Shown here: positions 7,267 to 12,982 of the stretch, one piece after another
How positions within the stretch are numbered: the stretch's first letter is position 1
Layout: each line of letters starts with the position of its first letter
NCBI RefSeq assembly: GCF_006345805.1
Contig: NW_021826306.1
Coordinates: 1 to 12,982 of the forward strand
Origin: Octopus sinensis
Lineage: Eukaryota
Length of the DNA stretch: 12,982 nt
Direction: 5' to 3'
Notes under the pieces: generated by a model
The model's database searches: none
Seen by the model: only the letters and a program-made list of their open reading frames with translations
What the model was told of the DNA's origin: nothing
Made by a program: the position numbers and the translations under genes

Positions 7267-7397
7267 CAGGGTGTCCCCAAAAAATGTATACACATAGTGG
7301 TTCGGCAAAAGAGAACGATAGAATAAGTACTAGGCTTACAAAGAATAACAGATTTACAATTATTTAAGGTGTGTATACATTTTTTTAGGACACCCTG
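7267..7397. mobile_element. Tc1/mariner-type MITE, 131 bp
   Basis: 28-bp TIRs cagggtgtccccaaaaaatgtatacaca (7267-7294) and tgtgtatacatttttttaggacaccctg (7370-7397) with 2 mismatches, TA on both sides. Confidence 0.88.
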
Positions 7398-7464
7398 TAT
7401 ATATATATATTAGAAATTAAAATGACAAGAACAGGCGCATGAGGACTTGACATCTTTGAATTGC

Positions 7465-7633
7465 CGTTACGTTTTGAGTTCAAATTCCGCCGAGGTCGAC
7501 TTTGCCTTTCATCCTTTTGGAGTCGATTAATTAAGTACCAGTTATGCACTGGGGTCGATGTAATCGACTTAATTCGTTTGTCTGACCTTGTTTGTCTCCT
7601 CTATGTTTAGCCCCTTGTGGGTAATAAAGAAAC
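7465..7633 (+). mobile_element. SINE family C (Meta-like), 5'-truncated, uninterrupted
   Basis: gagttcaaattccgccgaggtcgactttgcctttcatcctttt...aagtaccagtt...ctggggtcgatgtaatcgac...aataaagaaa; the gtcgac...gcctttcatcc motif resembles the MetaSINE central domain (from recall). Confidence 0.82.
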
Positions 7634-7664
7634 ATATATATATATGTATATGTATATATATATG

Positions 7665-7704
<40 letters not shown>

Positions 7705-7747
7705 TATATATAATAGCATATATATATACGTATATATAATATATATA

Positions 7748-7795
<48 letters not shown>

Positions 7796-7807
7796 TATAT
7801 ATATATA
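7634..7807. repeat. (TA)n microsatellite
   Basis: Direct reading. Confidence 0.97.
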
Positions 7808-7975
7808 TACAACAGGCTTCTTTCAGTTTCCGTCTACCAATCATCACACAAATCCACTCACAAGGCTTTTGGTTGGCCCGAGGCTATAGTAGAAAACACT
7901 TGCCCAAGGTGCCACGCAATGGGACTGAACCCGGAAACAGGTGGTTGGCAAGCAAGCTACTTACCACACAGCCAC
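7806..7975 (-). mobile_element. SINE family A, left half only, with a 12-bp insertion
   Basis: Head through gaaagaagcctgttgta on the minus strand; extra atcatcacacaa near 7834-7850; right half absent. Confidence 0.88.
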
Positions 7976-8271
7976 AAATGTTTTTATTTATATTTTTCTT
8001 TAACAGTTAACTCAATTAGTTCTCAAATGCCACACCACAGAACAATGGTGCACATTGGTGCACTGCAAGCAGTATTTAGGTGCATTGCTGACTTTTAAAA
8101 CTATAACTGATAGCTCTTGAAAAAAACATATTAATGCCTCAATGTCTACAAAAATGTCTGACTTCATAAAATTACTTGATTTACATTGTTGGATTAAAGG
8201 ATTAATAAAAAAAAAGTACAATTGTCAGTATTTTTTTTTTTACTGAATTTTATATAATTTATGTAAATTAT

Positions 8272-9187
8272 GCAACCAATACCAGACTGATTAACGTCAA
8301 TTATCAGCCATACTGACCAACAGCAGATATATTAGATCACACTGGTCACCACCACACCAAACTGACCAGCACCAGATCAGATCAGACCAGACCAAACTAA
8401 TGAATACCAGAGCATCAGACCAAATTAACCAATGCTAGCTACAAGGCCAAACTGACCAATACTGGACACCAGACCAAACTGACCAATGCCAGAGCATCAG
8501 ACCAAACTAACCAATGCTAGCTACAAGGCCAAACTGACCAATACTGGCCACCAGACCAAACTGACAAACACCAGCGCCTCAGACCAAACTAACCAATGCT
8601 AGCTACAAGGCCAAACTGACCAATACTGGCCACCAGACCAAACTGACCAACACCAGAGCATCGGACCAAACTAACCAATGCTAGGTACAAGGCCAAACTG
8701 ACCAATACTGGCCACCAGACCAAACTGATCAACACCAGAGCATCGGACCAAACTAACCAATGCTAGCTACAAGGCCAAACTGACCAATACTGGCCACCAG
8801 ACCAAACTGACAAACACCAGCGCCTCAGACCAAACTAACCAATGCTAGGTACAAGGCCAAATTGACCAATACTGGCAACCAGACCAAACTGACCAACACC
8901 AGAGCATCGACCAAACTAACCAATGCTAGCTACAAGGCCAAACTGACCAATACTGGACACCAGACCAAACTGACCAACACCAGAGCATCAGACCAAACTG
9001 ACCAATACTGGACACCAGACCAAACTGACCAACACCAGAGCATCGGACCAAACTAACCAATGCTAGCTACAAGGCCAAACTGACCAATACTGGCCACCAG
9101 ACCAAACTGACCAACACCAGAGCATCAGACCAAACTGACCAATACTGGCCACCAGACCAAACTGACCAACACCAGAGCATCAGACCA
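8272..9187. repeat. Higher-order minisatellite: 27-28-bp monomers in an 82-bp trimer
   Basis: 29 monomers from 8390 to 9182 ordered (ABC)7 AC ABC AC A. A=gaccaaactgaccaacaccagagcatca, B=gaccaaactaaccaatgctagctacaa, C=ggccaaactgaccaatactggccacca. Degenerate monomers at 8272-8389. Confidence 0.95.
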
Positions 9188-9284
9188 CCGATGACTACGA
9201 CAATTACATCAATCTATATGAGAAGAAAAAGAAAAAAATAAACAGAAAAGGCAAAAAAAAAGCTAAAAAAAAAATCAAACAGTA

Positions 9285-9298
9285 GTTACCATAGCAAC
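9285..9298. promoter_or_regulatory. RFX X-box-like palindrome
   Basis: gttaccatagcaac fits GTNRCC(N0-3)RGYAAC; motif match only. Confidence 0.35.
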
Positions 9299-9380
9299 TG
9301 TCTCTTCGTAGACATTTAGTGTGGGAAGAATGTCTTTGGAATTGGTTTCATCATTTTATAGAAGGAATTATATCTCCACC

Positions 9381-9527
9381 AACACACACACACATGGGCA
9401 CACACACACACACACACATGGGCATACATGGATAAATACGTATACACACACACACACACATATACACATGGACACATACACACACACACATATACACATG
9501 GATACACACATACACACACACACACAC
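9381..9527. repeat. (CA)n tract punctuated by catgg
   Basis: Direct reading. Confidence 0.9.
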
Positions 9528-9577
9528 TGTTGCTCAGTCTTCAATCCAGTTGACATTTCATTCCAGTATTGGCACGA

Positions 9578-10270
9578 TCACCACCACTACCACCACCACC
9601 ACCACCACCACACCACCACCACACCACAACAACTACAACCACCCACCATCACCATCACACCACCACCACCACCACCACCCCTAACCACCACCGCCAACAC
9701 CACCACCACCACACCACCACCCCACCACCACCACCACCACCACACCACCCCACCACCACAACACAACCACCACCCCACCATCCCCACCACCACCACCACC
9801 ACCACCCACCACCACCACCACCACCACCCGCCAACCCACCACCACCACCACCAACACCCCACCACCACCACCACCACCACCCACCCCACCAACCACCATA
9901 CCACCCCAACCTCAACCTCACCCACCACCACCACCCCACCACCACCCACCACCACCACCACCACCAAATACCCACCACAAAACCACAATCAACACCACTG
10001 TTGCTAGCACCACCACCACCAACACCATCACAACCACAATCAACACCACTGTTGCAAGCACCACCACAACCACACCAACGGCTGCCGCCGCCACCGCCTA
10101 TACCACCACCACCACCACTACCACCACTACCACCACCACCACACCACAACAACAAAAACAGCTGCCGCCACTGCCACCGCCACCACAACCACAACCACCG
10201 CCACCACCACTACCACCACCACTACCACCACCCCCACCACCACCGCCACCACCAATACTGCCAACACCAA
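9578..10270. repeat. (CAC)n-based low-complexity tract
   Basis: About 700 bp of CAC/CAA/CGC triplets with phase slips; source of the poly-P/H/T/G/V ORFs. Confidence 0.95.
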
Positions 10271-10346
10271 TGCTGCTGCTGTTGTCTGCTTTCAGGCTTT
10301 TTTTCATTTGTTTTAATATTTGTGTTTTGTTTTTCATGAAATTTTA

Positions 10347-10447
10347 TGTATATGTATGTGTATGTATGTATGTATCTATATATGTATGTACATGTGTGTT
10401 TGTGTGTACGTATGTATGCATGTATGTATATGTTTGTGTGTGTATAG
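10347..10447. repeat. (TATG)n/(TG)n microsatellite
   Basis: Direct reading. Confidence 0.9.
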
Positions 10448-10566
10448 GTGTGCGGTGGGGTTTGAGTATTATCGATTTATTTTTCCTACAATGGAAATTT
10501 CAAATCCGTTTACATATTTTATATTAAGTTTGAGAGAGAGGAAGAGGGGGGAGATAAATAAATAAG

Positions 10567-10568
10567 TA

Positions 10569-10604
<36 letters not shown>

Positions 10605-10890
10605 AGAAAGGAGAAAGAAAGGAAGAAAGAAAGAAAGGAAATAAATAGACAGAAAGAAAGAAAGAAAGAAAGAAAGGAAGAAAGAAAGAAAGGAAGAAAG
10701 AAGGAAGGAAGGAAGAAAGGAAATAAATAAAGACAGAAAGAAAGAAAGAAAGAAAGAAAGGAAGAAAGGAAGAAAGAAAAAGGAAGAAAGAAAGAAAGAA
10801 AGAAAGGAAGAAAGAAAGAAAGGAAGAAAGAAGGAGAAGGCAGAAGGAGAAATAAAAAGACAGAAAGAAAGAAAGAAAGAAAGAAAGAGA
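10567..10890. repeat. (GAAA)n/(GGAA) purine tract
   Basis: About 320 bp of nearly pure purines on the plus strand. Confidence 0.96.
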
Positions 10891-11009
10891 GTAAATGTCA
10901 CAGATACCATTCTTTCAATCTTTTCCTATTCCTCCTCCCTCTCTCTTTCTCTCACTTTATACATACATAAATATATGTTTATATACACACACAAAAACAT
11001 ATATGCATG

Positions 11010-11447
11010 ATCTCTTTTTTTACTCTCTTTCACTCTTTTACTTGTTTCAGTCATTTTGACTGCGGCCATGCTGGAGCACCGCCTTTAGTCGAGCAAATCG
11101 ACCCCAGGACTTATTCTTTTGTAAGCCTAGTACTTATTCTATCGGTCACTTTTGCCGAACGACTAAGTTACCGGGACGTAAACACACCAGTGTCGGTTGT
11201 CAAGCAATGTTGGGGAGACAAACACAGACACACAAACATATACACACACATACATGTATATACATATATATATATATACATATATACGACGGGCTTCTTT
11301 CAGTTTCCATCTACCAAATCCACTCACAGGGCTTTGGTCGGCCCGAGGCTATAGTAGAAAACACTTGCCCAAGGTGCCACGCAGTGGGACTGAACCCAGA
11401 ACCATGTGGTTGGTAAGCAAACTACTTACAGCCACACAGCCACTCCT
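11010..11447 (-). mobile_element. SINE family A, full length
   Basis: Tail, right half, microsatellite and head all present; short acagcc duplication in the head. Confidence 0.92.
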
Positions 11448-11460
11448 ATATACATATATC

Positions 11461-11868
11461 TTTTCTTTTACTTGTTTCAGTCATTAGATTGCGGCCATGC
11501 TGGGGCATTGCCATGAAGTATTGAATGTAGAATGAATCGATACCACTAATTATTTTTTGAAAGCCTGGTACTTCTTATTTTATTGGTTTCTTTTGTCAAA
11601 CTGCTAAGTTACAGGGACATAAACACACCAACACCAGTAATCATGAGGTGGAGAAGAACAAACACAAACAAAAACACACACACACACATATATACACATA
11701 TATACGACGGGCTTCTTTCAGTTTCCGTCTACCAAATCCCCTCACAGGGCTTTGGTTGACCCAGGGCTATATTAGAAGACACTTGCCCAAGGTGCCATGC
11801 AGTGGGACTGAACCCGGAACCATGTGGTTGGGGAGCAAACATCAGTCTGCACAGCCACATCTGCACCT
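11461..11868 (-). mobile_element. SINE family A-like, diverged right half and well-conserved left half
   Basis: 11700-11830 is close to the young copies; 11490-11660 is heavily diverged with indels. Confidence 0.82.
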
Positions 11869-12210
11869 GTAACTGTCTGGTGAGAAGCTTGCTTCTCAAC
11901 TACATGGCTCTGGGTTCAACTACATGGCTCTGGGTGTGTGTGCATATGTGTGTGTGCATATGTGTGTGTGCATATGTGTGTGTGCATATGTGTGTGTGTG
12001 CATATGTGTGTGCATGTGCATATGTGTGTGCGTGTGCATATGTGTGTGGCTTTGTGTTGGTGTTTGTCCCCCCAACCACTGCGTGACAACCAGTGTTGGT
12101 GTGTTTATGTCCCCATAACTTAGCAGTTTGGCAAAAGAGATCGATGGAATAAGTACCCCACCACTGCTGCAGTTTTATGACTGAAACAGGTGAAAAAAAG
12201 AGATAAAAGA
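11869..12210 (+). mobile_element. Rearranged old family A-like copy
   Basis: Head remnant tctggtgagaagcttgcttctcaactacatggctctgggttca, a 14-bp (gtgtgtgtgcatat)n minisatellite at 11932-12047, and a right half with internal deletion ending atgactgaaacagg...aaaaga. Confidence 0.72.
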
Positions 12211-12616
12211 ACGTGTGTATATACCAGCGACATGCCACCTGGGTAGTCAAGGTAGGCAGTGCCTACCCTGAATAAAATAAATCGATAGCAACATTTTCAT
12301 TTTATGGTAAAATAGGCACCCAATTCAGTAAAATTATGAAGGTTACTCTGATTACTATGCATAAAATGCAAAATATTTGTAGAATAGGTAGGCATAATTC
12401 GCCTTTACCTTTCAATCTCAGTATTAAAGCTACGCATAGCACTGCTGTAGTACACATGCTGCATACATTCCTACAACAACGTTTTCTTTACATGCTATAA
12501 AGGCAGAAGTAAATCTGCCTCCAACTCAGTTGTATGCCTGTGTTTCGTTTATTTTTTTGTGTGTTTCACTACATAAACATCACAAACTGCCTAACCTGAG
12601 TCATTACTGACAGCAC

Positions 12617-12644
12617 GTGCCTAATATATATAATATATATATAT

Positions 12645-12689
<45 letters not shown>

Positions 12690-12817
12690 TTCTCCGCCAT
12701 ATTAATATGGCATTCTTATAGATATAAGAATAATCGCTGCCGCTGGTCGCTCCATGAGGCCACCGCCTTAAGATAGCTATTGATACACGATCTGTATCCA
12801 TTATATATATTAGGCAC
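12617..12817. repeat. Foldback unit with a perfect 18-bp inverted repeat, TA tract and internal hairpins
   Basis: gtgcctaatatatataat (12617-12634) and attatatatattaggcac (12800-12817); internal palindromes at 12696-12711, 12713-12730 and 12782-12798. Confidence 0.7.
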
Positions 12818-12982
12818 CTCGCTAAGATAAATATTTCAATCACCACCTAGATTGACTGTAACCATACCGAATTATTACGAATTGGACAGCCATGAAACGA
12901 TCGTAGTGTTTTAACTCATTATCTTTTATTAAACTTTTAATACTTTTGATATATATTTAAAATAATATAATGAATTACTTTA

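Noticed and set aside
8390-9182. CRISPR-like constant repeat with variable spacers
   Set aside because: The spacers are only 12-13 bp and just three types cycle repeatedly; the context is eukaryotic and there are no cas genes.
9569-10339. 256-aa Pro/His/Thr-rich ORF (extensin- or mucin-like) and overlapping ORFs
   Set aside because: A CAC triplet tract is open in most frames on both strands by composition; the phase slips are random and I found no clear splice signals.
10524-10910. 128-aa Phe/Leu/Ser-rich ORF resembling a membrane protein
   Set aside because: Translation of the (TTTC)n strand of the purine tract.

Overview
AT-rich, repeat-saturated, essentially non-coding eukaryotic DNA. 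The SINE families look like those of octopus/cephalopods; this is from recall and not database-verified. No credible intact protein-coding gene: every listed ORF is a read-through of a microsatellite, SINE or tandem array. Contents: about 12 copies or fragments of a bipartite tRNA-headed SINE (family A) with an internal (TA)n/(GT)n tract; three copies of a (GAT)n-tailed RTE-like element (family B), one with a 62-bp hairpin-bearing tandem module; three copies of a Meta-like SINE (family C); one older CORE-like SINE; a CR1-type LINE 3' end; Tc1/mariner-type MITEs; many microsatellites; and a hierarchical 27/82-bp satellite. Most interesting: two ~200-bp TA-flanked elements each carrying a minimal hammerhead-ribozyme motif (one canonical, one with a variant core) facing each other around a B element; a MITE whose interior is a captured SINE mid-section; the 9/27/82-bp higher-order array; and a CpG-rich multi-hairpin foldback with a TAGGCA motif cluster at the right end. 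Family letters are my own labels.
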